A stretch of 64,000 bases of DNA. Source: an uncultured delta proteobacterium (GTDB taxonomy: Bacteria; Desulfobacterota; Binatia; UBA9968). The DNA lies in contig CAVYTU010000014.1 in NCBI GenBank assembly GCA_963771465.1, positions 416,001-480,000 on the forward strand. The letters are read 5' to 3'. The notes beneath the pieces are model-generated. The model was not told where the DNA came from. It was given only the letters and a program-made list of their open reading frames with translations, and made no database searches. Shown piece by piece: positions 19,315 through 29,168 of the stretch. Made by a program: the position numbers and the translations under genes. Numbering within the stretch: position 1 is the first letter of the stretch; every line of letters starts with the position of its first letter.

Positions 19315-19995
19315 TCAAACCGTTGCCGTCGCTTCAATCTCCAGCAAATATTTCTCGCCGGCGAAACCATCGACGAAAGTAAACTCGATCTCCGGCACGG
19401 TCAGGCGGTTCGCCTGGGCGAGAACTTGTTTCACCGAATCGATGTTGGAACCGCGCTGTAATAGCAACGTCAGTTTCACGACCTTACTCCAGTCGGTTTT
19501 TGCCTTGGCGAAAGCGCCGTCCAGCGTAATCAGAACGTCGCAAAGCTGTTGATCGAGGCTCACCGCTTCGGAAGTGAAGCCGGAAAAGAACAATACGGAG
19601 TCGTATTCAAGGTAGCAGAGATAATTGCGCGGCGGCTCGAAATCGACGGGATGTCGCTGCGCGCTGGAACTCAACGGCCGCATGGCGAGCAGTTCCAAAC
19701 CGCCGGCGCCGGCAGAATCGAACCATGCTTGCGAGATGAAACTAGAACTCGCTGCTCTCCGGCTGCCGCTGAGAATTTTTGAGCGCGAGAGAGTGGCGTC
19801 AGTCCGTCCCTGCCTGTCCCGACCAAAGACGCGAATCCGGACCGTATTGTCGAGCGACAGACCAAGCGGCGTGAGCCCATCGGCGAACTTTTGAAACAAC
19901 TCAGCCATCGCGGTTTCCACCGACGCGCCGGCTTGCGACTCGCCACAAATCTCGACAAACTCTCTACCTAGCCAGGAAAAAATCTTTGCTTCCAT
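19315..19995 (-). CDS. tandem Rid (YjgF/UK114)-fold protein
   Basis: Two Rid-like halves (GLSLDNTVRIRVF; LFFSG...DWSKVVK...LLEIEATA); ATG 19995 preferred over 20019. Confidence 0.65.
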   Translation of the reverse strand: MEAKIFSWLGREFVEICGESQAGASVETAMAELFQKFADGLTPLGLSLDNTVRIRVFGRDRQGRTDATLSRSKILSGSRRAASSSFISQAWFDSAGAGGLELLAMRPLSSSAQRHPVDFEPPRNYLCYLEYDSVLFFSGFTSEAVSLDQQLCDVLITLDGAFAKAKTDWSKVVKLTLLLQRGSNIDSVKQVLAQANRLTVPEIEFTFVDGFAGEKYLLEIEATATV

Positions 19996-20213
19996 AATAG
20001 CGGTAACATATTGCAACATCGCTCATGAGACAAAGCCAATTTATTATTCCGGCAAAGCCGTAGGACGGGCTAGCGATCGCGAAACCAATCAACCGAACTG
20101 CCTTGCGTTTGCCCGCCTGTTTGTCATATCTGGCGTAATCGATTTGAATAGAAGAATCGATGTCCGCAATAAGATTCACTGCCGTGAGTCGAGCGGTTAG
20201 TTTGTGACGGAGA

Positions 20214-20648
20214 GTGGATATGGCTCCTACCGATGTGATGTTTCGACGCCTATGGAGCGCCGATGGCCAGAGCCGTTCGGCCAAGACGGTTGAGGTATTC
20301 GGCTGGCTGATCTTGATCGAGGGCAGCGCCGCGCTCTTCTTTCCCCATGCTTCAGCTGCGCTATTGCAGTTACCGCCGCTGGTCGAGCAAGCGAGCAATT
20401 ACGTTCGCCTCGTTGGGCTATTAGTGAGCGGGTTGGGAATGCTCTATGTTGTCAGCGGCCGTGTGAATGCTGAGGGATTCGTCTTCGCATCGCTGCTCGA
20501 CCGCCCGCTGGTTCCCTTCGCCATGGCCGTACTCTGGTATTTAAGCATCATTCCTGCGCCGCTCGCGCTGCTTTTCTCGATACAAGATTTCGGCAGCTTT
20601 CTCTGGACACTCTTTACTTGGCGGTCGGAACGTCAAAGACGCAACTAG
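20214..20648 (+). CDS. hypothetical membrane protein
   Basis: Four hydrophobic segments; 12 nt upstream of the reductase; start uncertain. Confidence 0.6.
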   Translation: MDMAPTDVMFRRLWSADGQSRSAKTVEVFGWLILIEGSAALFFPHASAALLQLPPLVEQASNYVRLVGLLVSGLGMLYVVSGRVNAEGFVFASLLDRPLVPFAMAVLWYLSIIPAPLALLFSIQDFGSFLWTLFTWRSERQRRN

Positions 20649-20660
20649 CGAGGTGAAATC

Positions 20661-21560
20661 ATGAGCAACGCAACCGTCGGTTTCATCGGTCTCGGCATCA
20701 TGGGCAAACCCATGGCGCGCCATCTTCTCAAGGCTGGTTACTCACTGGTGATTCACAACCGTAGTCGAACGGCCGTGGATGAATTGAGTAAAGAAGGCGC
20801 TCAGTCGGCGGCGAATTCGCAAGAAGTCGCCCAGCGCAGTGAGGTGACCATCACCATGCTACCCGACTCGCCGGATGTAGAATTAGTATACGCCGGCGAG
20901 CGTGGCATCTTCGCCGGCGTGAAATCCGGATCGCTGTTGATCGACATGTCGAGCATCTCCCCAGTCGTCGCCCGCAAACTTGCAACCGAAGCGGAAAAGC
21001 GTGGCTGCGACATGCTCGATGCGCCCGTGAGCGGCGGCGAAGCCGGCGCCATCGCCGCTTCTCTTTCGATCATGATCGGCGGCAAGGTTTCAGCCGTCGA
21101 ACGGGCAATGCCAATTTTAGAGAAGCTGGGCAAAAACATCGTCCATGTCGGCGAAGCCGGTGCGGGACAAGTGACCAAAGCGGCGAATCAGATGGTCGTC
21201 GGTACGACCATCGCAATCGTCAGCGAAGCGCTCGTGCTCGCTGCGAAAGCCGGCGTCGATCCAGCGAAAGTGCGCCAAGCAATGCTCGGCGGCTTCGCCC
21301 AATCGAAAATCCTCGAAGCCCACGGCCAGAAAATGTTGGATCGCAACTTCAAACCCGGCTTCCGCATCCGCCTGCATGAAAAAGACATGAAGATCGCGCT
21401 CGCGACCGGCAGCGAATACGGCGTGCCGTTAATGGTCACCGGTGTCGTCGGTCAGATGATGACCGCCATGAAAGGCATGGGCAACGGCGAGTTGGATCAT
21501 TCGGGACTGGTGAAGTTCGTCGAGGAGTTAGCAAGGATCGAGCTTGCTCAGAGACCGTGA
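20661..21560 (+). CDS. 2-hydroxy-3-oxopropionate (tartronate semialdehyde) reductase family, GlxR/GarR-like
   Basis: GFIGLGIMGKPMA, MLPDSPDV, DAPVSGG, GQVTKAANQ, FKPGFRIRLHEKD. Confidence 0.88.
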   Translation: MSNATVGFIGLGIMGKPMARHLLKAGYSLVIHNRSRTAVDELSKEGAQSAANSQEVAQRSEVTITMLPDSPDVELVYAGERGIFAGVKSGSLLIDMSSISPVVARKLATEAEKRGCDMLDAPVSGGEAGAIAASLSIMIGGKVSAVERAMPILEKLGKNIVHVGEAGAGQVTKAANQMVVGTTIAIVSEALVLAAKAGVDPAKVRQAMLGGFAQSKILEAHGQKMLDRNFKPGFRIRLHEKDMKIALATGSEYGVPLMVTGVVGQMMTAMKGMGNGELDHSGLVKFVEELARIELAQRP

Positions 21561-21567
21561 CTCGCTA

Positions 21568-21592
21568 CGTCATTCCGTGAAAAGGGAATCCA
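21568..21592 (+). repeat. degenerate ATTCCC-N8-GGGAAT (dRS3-like) REP element
   Basis: CGTCATTCCGTGAAAAGGGAATCCA between convergent genes. Confidence 0.5.
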
Positions 21593-21637
21593 AATTATGC
21601 AAGTTTAAGCGGAACTTCGATTTCTGCACCGACTGGC

Positions 21638-22651
21638 TTAGGGTTTCCACCCCGCTTTGTTCAGTTGCTGATCCGCGTCCACCGCGAAGCTGAAGTCATA
21701 ACCTTTGGCATTGGGTATAGTTTCGTTGGTATTGACCACCTGACGAATGATGCTGAGATCGTTTCTCTGGGTTTCGTCGTCAACGGCGCCATTGCGGGTA
21801 AAGGTGCCGATGATGTCGTCGTAGACACGGGTCGCCTGCGGGCGCGACACGTTGGAGAATTTCAGCATTGCCGAGATCGTGCCTTCCTTGTCCTGGCGAA
21901 TGTAGCGCAGCGCCTTGAGCGTCGCGCGCACGAAGCCGGCGACCATTTTGGGATTTTCTTTGATGAGCTTATCCGTGGTGGCGAGCGTTCCCCAAGAGTT
22001 TTTCACTTCATTGCCCATGAAGAACATCTCGCGCATGCCTTTGTCGAGCGCGACGTAGCGCTGCTCGACGCTGAGGATCGCCGCGTCGAAACCGCCGCCG
22101 ACCAGCGCCGCAAGCTGATTGCCCTGGCCGACATCGAGATAACTTACATCCTTGTTGCCATCGAGCCCATGCTTGGTCAGAACCTGTTTCGCCATAAACG
22201 TTGCGATGGCGGCGACTCCGGTGGTCGCGATGCGTTTGCCTTTGAGGTCTTTCGGACTAGTGATTTCCGGTTTGGTCACAAACCATTGCAATACGCGATC
22301 GTTGGTCGCCGCCACAACTTTCAGCGGGGTATTGCCGCGCGCGATGCTTACCAGCGCACTCGACCCCGCGCCGGTGAAGTGAACGTCGCCGCCGAGCATC
22401 GCTTGGATACTCGTCGTCGGCGCGACGAAAATCACCCGTTGATCGATGCCTTCTTCTTTCATGTAGCCTTTTTGCTGGGCGATCGGGTAGATCACCATTT
22501 GAAAACTGCGCGCGGGGATCGCCATGTTGACGGTTTGCAGCGACTGCGCTCCGGCAAGCTCGAAAGCGAGAAACTGAATGCAGCCGAGCAGTGCGACGGC
22601 GAATCGCAAACCTCCCCTGATGTGCGAGACTTTCTTCGATTTGATTTTCAT
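21638..22651 (-). CDS. SsuA/NMT1-type ABC substrate-binding protein
   Basis: Signal peptide; KGYMKEEGID, DLKGKRIA, ENPKMVAGFVRA; start 22651 or 22678. Confidence 0.85.
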   Translation of the reverse strand: MKIKSKKVSHIRGGLRFAVALLGCIQFLAFELAGAQSLQTVNMAIPARSFQMVIYPIAQQKGYMKEEGIDQRVIFVAPTTSIQAMLGGDVHFTGAGSSALVSIARGNTPLKVVAATNDRVLQWFVTKPEITSPKDLKGKRIATTGVAAIATFMAKQVLTKHGLDGNKDVSYLDVGQGNQLAALVGGGFDAAILSVEQRYVALDKGMREMFFMGNEVKNSWGTLATTDKLIKENPKMVAGFVRATLKALRYIRQDKEGTISAMLKFSNVSRPQATRVYDDIIGTFTRNGAVDDETQRNDLSIIRQVVNTNETIPNAKGYDFSFAVDADQQLNKAGWKP

Positions 22652-22704
22652 CGGCGTCTCTCTAACTCTGAATGCCACATACAGAACGAGGTCTAACGTA
22701 ATAA

Positions 22705-23799
22705 TTAGTTCAGCGGATAGAGCAACTTGGGATTGTCAAAGAAAATCTTGTCCGTCAATGCGCGAGGAATGTCTTCGCGCGCACGCATGGCGGCGACCAG
22801 TTGTCTTTCTTCCGACGGATCTTGATGGCCATAGTCCGAGCCGATGATCAAGTGATCTTCACCGGTGTAGCGGGCGATGTAATCGACATCTTCATCCGCT
22901 TCGCAGGCAACGAAAATACGATATTCGCGGAACATGTCCTGATCCGAAGCGAATTTCCACTTTTCTTTGAACAATCTCTTGACGATGTGCAGCATGAACG
23001 GCACCCAGCCGGCCGACGCTTCGATAAAGCCGAATCTGAGTTTGGGAAACTGTTCGGGAATCTTATTGGCGATCAAATCGCGGAACGCAAACAGCGGCTG
23101 CACTCGGCTGTGGCCGAACGTGTGATTGCGCTCGACATCGAACAGATTTAAGAACAGTGGGCAACCCGCGCCGGTGTGGATCAGAACCGGCTGATCGGTG
23201 TCGCTCGCCGCCTGGTAGATCGGGTTGAAATAGGGATTGTCCAGCGTGCGTTGTCCCTCGATGCCGCGAAAGAACACCCCCACCGCGCCGTTGTCCTTGC
23301 CCCATCTGATTTCCTTCACCGACTCTTCCACAGAGTGCAACGGCGGCACGACGACCCAGTGCATGCGACCGCCGGATTTCGCGCACGCTTGTGCGATGAA
23401 ACGGTTATAGGCGCGCGCCATGGCGACGTCGAGGGCGGCATCGTCGGTGATGTAAATAAGAAACAGCGTCGGGAACACGACCTGCGTATCGACACCGAGC
23501 TTGTCCATGTCACGCAGCCGTCCGGCGATGTCGGTCATTTCGCGGTAGGGCAAATGAATGTCGCCGCGGGATAATTCTAATTTCGACGCCGACGGCGTAA
23601 TCAAGCGGAAGCTGCCTTTGCCGTTCGGTTTGGGAAAAATATTGCCGTCGATCAGCCAAAACGCATTGCGCGGTCCGTAGAGCGTATCTTCAGGACTCTT
23701 GAGCAGCACGGGACGACGCGCGTACATTTCTTGGTCCATCATCGCCCACATCGCCTCACCTTCCGATATATGCGTATCCGCATCGATTATGCCTGCCAT
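22705..23799 (-). CDS. amidohydrolase family 2 protein
   Basis: IIDADTH, DMDKLGVD.QVVFP, LIH, FIEA.AGW, GSDYGH; ATG 23799 follows SD GGAGG. Confidence 0.88.
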   Translation of the reverse strand: MAGIIDADTHISEGEAMWAMMDQEMYARRPVLLKSPEDTLYGPRNAFWLIDGNIFPKPNGKGSFRLITPSASKLELSRGDIHLPYREMTDIAGRLRDMDKLGVDTQVVFPTLFLIYITDDAALDVAMARAYNRFIAQACAKSGGRMHWVVVPPLHSVEESVKEIRWGKDNGAVGVFFRGIEGQRTLDNPYFNPIYQAASDTDQPVLIHTGAGCPLFLNLFDVERNHTFGHSRVQPLFAFRDLIANKIPEQFPKLRFGFIEASAGWVPFMLHIVKRLFKEKWKFASDQDMFREYRIFVACEADEDVDYIARYTGEDHLIIGSDYGHQDPSEERQLVAAMRAREDIPRALTDKIFFDNPKLLYPLN

Positions 23800-23953
23800 A
23801 AAAATCCTCCTTCTCAACAAAATTCTTCTCGCTGGTAAATTAGCTCGAACACGGGCGATGCCAACCCAGCGGATATATAGCAAGAAATGCGGCGGTATCG
23901 CCAGGCCTCGAAGGTCGTAGAAAAACTCGAGTGGATTAACCTTTTGTCACACC

Positions 23954-24853
23954 CTACGGCCGCAACGCACCGGAGATTAGCCACTCCGCTGCTACCTGGC
24001 GAGCATTGGCGGTGGAGTCGAGCGCCACTTGCGCCAGCAGTTTGGTCAGCTGATTTACGTCGACGGTCAGAGTCTCATCCATGTAGCCGAGATAATCGTC
24101 AAACGTCCTCTCGGCGAGCGAGCGATAGTGGGCGAATTTGTCGATGAGTAATTGCACAACTTTTTCCCGGTTGGCCTTGGCGTAGAGAATTCCTTCGCGG
24201 TGCGCCGCTAGGAAGGCGGTAAAATCTTTTTCCCGCTCGCTAAAGAGGTTCTGGGTCGTCTCGATCGTGATTGGCAGCGGATCGTCAACCATGTCGTTCC
24301 AATCGCCCATGCGATGAAAACCCTTGTCTTCAGCAACGAAGCCATAGGGCCGCGGCACAATCGCCGCCGCCACTTTCTTGTCGAGCAGCGTATGAAACGC
24401 CTCCTGATCGCTGGCGACGAGCTTGAGCTGAAAATCGTCGTCCAGGGTGATGCCGCCCAGTTGCTGAAACACCGAGCGAAACGGCACGCCGCGCGCCGGC
24501 CCTTCGCGGCAGACGACGATCTGGTTTTTGAGATCTTTGATTTCTTTGATCGCCGGATCGGCGATCAATAGATACGGGCAGCTATTCATCGCGCAGCCGA
24601 GCACCCGCGTCGACTTGGTGTCGAGAAAATGTTGCAGCGACGCACGTCCGACGACGAAGGAAATCTGCGCTTCGCCGCTTTCCAATCTCCGGTAGCGCTC
24701 CTCGGTGCCTTGCACGTGATTCCAGGAAACCTCCAGGCCATGTTTTGCGTAGATGCCGGCGTCGATCGAAAGATAGCCGGTGATGTCGCGGGCGAATTTC
24801 CCATCGATCGCTTCGAGATGTCCGTACATGCAGGTAAGCTTAGTCAAAGTCAT
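23954..24853 (-). CDS. SsuA/NMT1-like binding-protein-fold protein lacking an obvious signal peptide
   Basis: GIYAKHGLEV, IKEIKDLK, FLAAHREGI; N-terminus not hydrophobic. Confidence 0.7.
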   Translation of the reverse strand: MTLTKLTCMYGHLEAIDGKFARDITGYLSIDAGIYAKHGLEVSWNHVQGTEERYRRLESGEAQISFVVGRASLQHFLDTKSTRVLGCAMNSCPYLLIADPAIKEIKDLKNQIVVCREGPARGVPFRSVFQQLGGITLDDDFQLKLVASDQEAFHTLLDKKVAAAIVPRPYGFVAEDKGFHRMGDWNDMVDDPLPITIETTQNLFSEREKDFTAFLAAHREGILYAKANREKVVQLLIDKFAHYRSLAERTFDDYLGYMDETLTVDVNQLTKLLAQVALDSTANARQVAAEWLISGALRP

Positions 24854-24913
24854 CGGTGTTTCTCCTTCGAGTCATCTCTATATTACGGTTAGCGCCGGCA
24901 AACAAACCTCGCC

Positions 24914-24943
24914 TTGACAGTGTTATAATAACGGGGCTAGATT
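24914..24943 (+). promoter_or_regulatory. sigma70-type promoter of the cupin gene
   Basis: TTGACA-N18-TAGATT with a GTTAT-A-ATAAC palindrome in the spacer; SD AAGGAGG downstream. Confidence 0.55.
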
Positions 24944-24986
24944 CTCGCAGTCGTTAACGCTTACACCAACCTAAAAGGAGGTTCCT

Positions 24987-25418
24987 ATGAAAGTCTTAGA
25001 TGTTCTGGAAATGTCGAAGGGCCGCAAGAAGGGCCAGCGCCGCATCGATCTTTTCCGCCGCGAGAATTTGGAAACCTGGATTCTTTGCTTCCCGCCGGGC
25101 GATGTGCAGGTCATGCACAACCATCCCTCCGACCGGACCTACTACGTGCTGACCGGTAAAGGCATCATCAAGGGACGTAATGAAACCCACGAAGTCACCC
25201 AGGGGCAGATCATCAGCATCCCGGCCCATGAATTTTACGAAGGGTCGAACCCCAATGACGAGCCGATGATTCTGCTCGGCAACAGCCACAAAGCGACGGC
25301 GGATGACGTCGCCAAAGCGGGTGGCCAACGCAACGAGATCGATAAAGAAACCGGCAAGCGTGTTATTTTCCAACACGGGGGCGGCCAAGACATGGGCGTG
25401 CTGGCGGATTGGAATTAG
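24987..25418 (+). CDS. cupin domain protein
   Basis: PGDVQVMHNHP..RTYYVLTGKG, GQIISIPA. Confidence 0.8.
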   Translation: MKVLDVLEMSKGRKKGQRRIDLFRRENLETWILCFPPGDVQVMHNHPSDRTYYVLTGKGIIKGRNETHEVTQGQIISIPAHEFYEGSNPNDEPMILLGNSHKATADDVAKAGGQRNEIDKETGKRVIFQHGGGQDMGVLADWN

Positions 25419-25444
25419 CCGGCTGTAGAATAGGATGCTTCGCT

Positions 25445-25471
25445 CCATTCGTCCTGAGCCCGTCGAAGGAC
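25445..25471 (+). repeat. REP-like element CCATTCGTCCTGAGCCCGTCGAAGGAC
   Basis: GTCCT...AGGAC arms; resembles a widespread CTGAGCCTGTCGAAGG extragenic repeat recalled from other genomes. Confidence 0.5.
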
Positions 25472-25595
25472 TCCGAAAGAGCATTTCATCAATCGACTAG
25501 TCTCGTCGATAAGCAATGGCAAAGCCCGGTCGAGTTTCAACTCGCCGGGCTTTGTCTTGTTTGCGACAGGAATGAATACCGTGTAAATCCGCTGA

Positions 25596-27307
25596 GTGAT
25601 GTTGTCGTTCATGCCGCGTTTCCGTTTGAGTTCACAATCGATCGTCATCGCCTTAGCCGCCGGGCTGTTGGCCTATCTGACATTTTTTCCGCTCGTTACC
25701 TTGATCTACGGCAGCTTGAAAAGCGGCCCGCCCGGCGTCGCCGGCAGCATAACGCTGAGAAACTATCTCGTGCTGCTGGAAAATTGGCGTTTACCGGCCG
25801 CGCTGTGGAATTCGCTGATCTTCAGCTTCGGTTCGAGCTCCCTCGCCTTCGCTTTCGCGCTTTACTTCGCCTGGATCACGGAGCGCACCAACGTGCGCTG
25901 GCGCGGCCTGATTTACAGCTTGATCTTGGTGCCGATGATCGTGCCCGGGATACTCACCACGGTCGGCTGGATCGTGCTCTTCGGCCGGCGCTCGGGGCTG
26001 ATCAATTTGATCGCCATGCCGTTGTTCGGCCTCGAAGAGCCGATTCAGATCAACAACATGCTCGGCATGATCTGGGTGCAAGGCACGGATCAGATTTCGT
26101 TCGCATTCTTGCTGCTCGCCGCCGCGCTGCGCTCCATGGACCCGTCGTTGGAAGAAGCGGCGCTGGTTGCCGGATCGGGGATGCTGCGCACGGCGCTGCG
26201 CATCACTCTGCGCGTACTCTTGCCGGCGATCATGGCGGTGTGGATGATTACCTTTGTCCGCGCCATTGAGAATTTCGAAGTGCCAGCGTTGATCGGCATG
26301 CCGGCGGGGATTTTGGTTTTCGCCACCGAGGTTTACTTGGCGACCAAAAGCGTGCCGACTGATTTCGGTTTGGCTAGCACCTTCGCGGTGGTTTATTTAC
26401 TCATCACCACGGTCGGAGTTTTGCTTTATTTAAAATGGACCGCGGCCTCCGAGCAGTTCGCTACCATCACGGGCAAAGGATTTCGGCCCACAGCTTACGA
26501 TCTCGGCCGCTGGCGCGCGCCGCTCGCGTTTTTAAATCTGCTGCTCTGCTTCGTGGTGTTCATCTCTACCGATCGTGGTTGTGATCTGGTCGTCGTTTCT
26601 GCCCTTCTACATGGCGCCATCTGAAGAAGCATTGGCCAGCCTCACGCTCGACAATTACAAAAATCTTTGGAACCTGCCGCTGGTGAAACGCGCCATGTGG
26701 AATAGTTTCGTGCTCGGCATCTCGAGTTCGACGCTCACCATGGTGCTTACTGCCGTCATCGCCTGGATCATCGTGCGCACGAAATGGCGCGGCAAAGGCG
26801 CGTTGGATTTCTTGGCGTTCAGCCCCATCGCCATGCCGGGCTTGGTGCTCGGCATTGCCATACTTTGGCTTTATTTGATCGTGCCGGTGCCGGTGTACGG
26901 AACCCTATGGATACTCTTGATCGCCTACGTCACCAAGTACTTGCCCTTCGGCATGCGCGCCTGTTCGTCGTCCATGTTGCAGATCAAAAAGGAACTCGAG
27001 GAAGCCTCGGAAACGCAGCGGCGCGAGCTGGGGACATACTTTCCGCAAAGTGATCCTGCCGCTGTTGGCGCCCGGTTTCGTCGCCGGCTGGATCTATGTG
27101 ATCACCCATTCCTTCCGTGAGCTGTCGACTTCGATCATGCTCTATCGCAGCGGCACGGAGGTGATCGCCATCGTGCTCTTCGAGTTATGGGACGGCGGTC
27201 AATATCCTCAGCTGGCGGCGCTCGGCATGGTGATGATCGTTATCTTGATCGCCATCAGCCTAATCGCCCGCGCCGTCGGCGCGCGCTACGCGATCCAGCA
27301 GATGTAG
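25596..27307 (+). pseudogene. FbpB-type (iron/thiamine class) ABC permease split by two +1 frameshifts
   Basis: Three consecutive ORFs join into one two-domain permease: extra base near 26565 (FI-LPIVVVIW) and near 27015 (EEASET-SGASWGHTFRKVILP, second EAA motif). Confidence 0.8.
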
Positions 27308-27320
27308 GCGAAGAGACGTC

Positions 27321-27387
27321 GAGGATGGAGGATCGAGGATTGAGAATGGCGTCATTCGATTCTCTATCATTGCTCCTCGATCCTCCA
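27321..27387. repeat. 7-mer array GAGGAT(G/C/T) x4 plus inverted copy
   Basis: GAGGATG GAGGATC GAGGATT GAGAATG; TGGAGGATCGAGGA (27326-27339) pairs perfectly with TCCTCGATCCTCCA (27374-27387). Confidence 0.75.
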
Positions 27388-27411
27388 CCGGTCCGATTGG
27401 CATCTCCAGTT

Positions 27412-27446
27412 TGGAATCGGGAATGTGAGATCCGAAATTTGTAATC
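27412..27446 (+). repeat. 7-mer array x5 (TGGAATC GGGAATG TGAGATC CGAAATT TGTAATC)
   Basis: Read directly; same family as 32340-32367. Confidence 0.65.
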
Positions 27447-27453
27447 TATAGTC

Positions 27454-28557
27454 CTATTTAAGCTGCTTGCGCACAATAATATCCTCCATCAGCTTATTCC
27501 CCTTATCCTTTAACTCCTCCATCTTTTCGTGGCCGATGACCGCTTTGCGAATCCTCTTGTCCTCAAGCGCGTCGATGATTTCCTGCCAGCCGGCTTTGGC
27601 GCCGGTGCGCGTCGGGATCGTGCCGCCGCCTTTGACCAGCGCGACAACGCCTTCCTCACTGAGCATGAAATCCATGTAGAGCGCTGCGGCGTGGAGGTTT
27701 TTGGCGCTGCGGGTGATTCCCGTGTGGCTGCCGAGCGACCCAGGCGTGGGGTTGGGCCAGACCATGGCGATGGGACATTTTTTTTCGTACTTCATCTGCA
27801 TCACCCGCGGCGGATAGACTTCCACGGCGATCTTGAAGTCGCCGCTGCAGAGCATCTGGACTTGCAGCGAATGGCCGCGCCGCGGCACCGTGCCGTTGCG
27901 CATGAGCCCCTTCATATACTCGGCGGTTTTCTCTTCGCCCCAGTCCATCATCCAAGCGAAGACCGCCTGCTCCGGTTCGGTGTCGATAGAGATATCGTTT
28001 TTCCACTTGGGATTGAGCAGGTCTTGATAGCCCTTCGGCACCTCATTGGGTTTCACCAGCTTGGTATTATAAGCGATCACCGCCAGCGTGTAGTCGGCGA
28101 CATACCAGCGACCGTCCTTGTCCCAATATTGCTTGGCGTAGTTTTTCTTTTCCGGCGACTCGTAACGGCCATGCACACCGGCTTTCATTAGCTCGCCGAT
28201 ATTATCGAAGTCGACGCCAACGACATCAGCCGTTAGCTTGCCAACGCGATGCTCGAGGAGAATGCGGTCGAGCCCCTTGGACCCTTGAAGGCGAGACGGC
28301 TCGACTTTGATGAAAGGATATTTCTTGCCGAAAGCATCGGCATATTCCTGTGTCGTCTCGATGCCGTGGTTTGAGTAAATGACGAGATTGCCCTCTTTCT
28401 TCGCCCCATCTTCCAGCCGGCGCTGCCGCTCCTTGGCTGGCAACTTGTTAATTGCCGAGAGGGTTTCTTCGACCGTCGCGCCGCTGGCTGCGCTCGACAG
28501 CCAAGTCACGAGGCACATTGCGGCAATGATCGCTCTGCCGATTCTCCGGGTTGTCAT
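27454..28557 (-). CDS. extracellular solute-binding protein (FbpA/AfuA class)
   Basis: Signal peptide; GAKKEG.LVIY, F.KKYPFIKV, AYNTKLV...PK.YQDLLNPKWK, AAALYMDFMLSEEG; SD AAGGAGG. Confidence 0.88.
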   Translation of the reverse strand: MTTRRIGRAIIAAMCLVTWLSSAASGATVEETLSAINKLPAKERQRRLEDGAKKEGNLVIYSNHGIETTQEYADAFGKKYPFIKVEPSRLQGSKGLDRILLEHRVGKLTADVVGVDFDNIGELMKAGVHGRYESPEKKNYAKQYWDKDGRWYVADYTLAVIAYNTKLVKPNEVPKGYQDLLNPKWKNDISIDTEPEQAVFAWMMDWGEEKTAEYMKGLMRNGTVPRRGHSLQVQMLCSGDFKIAVEVYPPRVMQMKYEKKCPIAMVWPNPTPGSLGSHTGITRSAKNLHAAALYMDFMLSEEGVVALVKGGGTIPTRTGAKAGWQEIIDALEDKRIRKAVIGHEKMEELKDKGNKLMEDIIVRKQLK

Positions 28558-28592
28558 AAATCCTCCTTAAATTGCGTCGAAATTCGAAAGTC

Positions 28593-28644
28593 AAATATTG
28601 ATTTGGGGATACCTTGCGTGCTTGCCCGGGTCAAATCAATATTT
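28593..28644. promoter_or_regulatory. 13-bp inverted repeat flanking the probable promoter of the SBP gene
   Basis: AAATATTGATTTG-N26-CAAATCAATATTT. Confidence 0.55.
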
Positions 28645-29168
28645 TTGAATTTTTTTATTTTGCGCTCCTTACGGTTAAATCTTCTTATCCCTTCCGCCTC
28701 ACCTCTTCTACCATAAGCCCCTTGTGTGTCCGCGTCCTAACGAACTCGCTCATTGCCACCCGGCGGCGCCCACCGGGTGCAGTTAAGAATCATTCAAATG
28801 AGCCGAATGGTCATTGGACCAAAGTCCAATAGATAGACTTGCGGAGTTCTTGATAGAAGTTCAATCATTGTTCAACGAACTTTAATTCCATGTCGTTTCC
28901 GTCGATCACGTCGCGTTGCTCATCGTAGCCGCGCATACTGCGCGGCTGCTCGACCCATATCTGCAGCTCGGCGATAGTCATCGCCGTCCCGACTTTGGGA
29001 TTGGTAAAGATTTGCCAACTCTTGCCGACAAATGATCTCAATGCAAACCGTCCGGCGAAAGTTTCGGAGGATCGCTTACCGGCGGCTCGACATAGGCTCG
29101 CAGGCCTTGCCGCTGGGAAAACTTGTTAGGTTTTTTTCGCCGCTGTGTTATTATTACTTCACACTTCA

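Noticed and set aside
21665-22696. Long antisense or alternative-frame ORFs (also 2022-2924, 6674-7663, 8883-9599, 35270-36100, 43133-43858)
   Set aside because: Shadows of well-supported genes, expected in GC-rich DNA; no motifs or ribosome-binding sites.
25409-26269. 286-aa ORF overlapping the permease
   Set aside because: Alternative-frame, Arg-rich nonsense that runs through a REP-like element.
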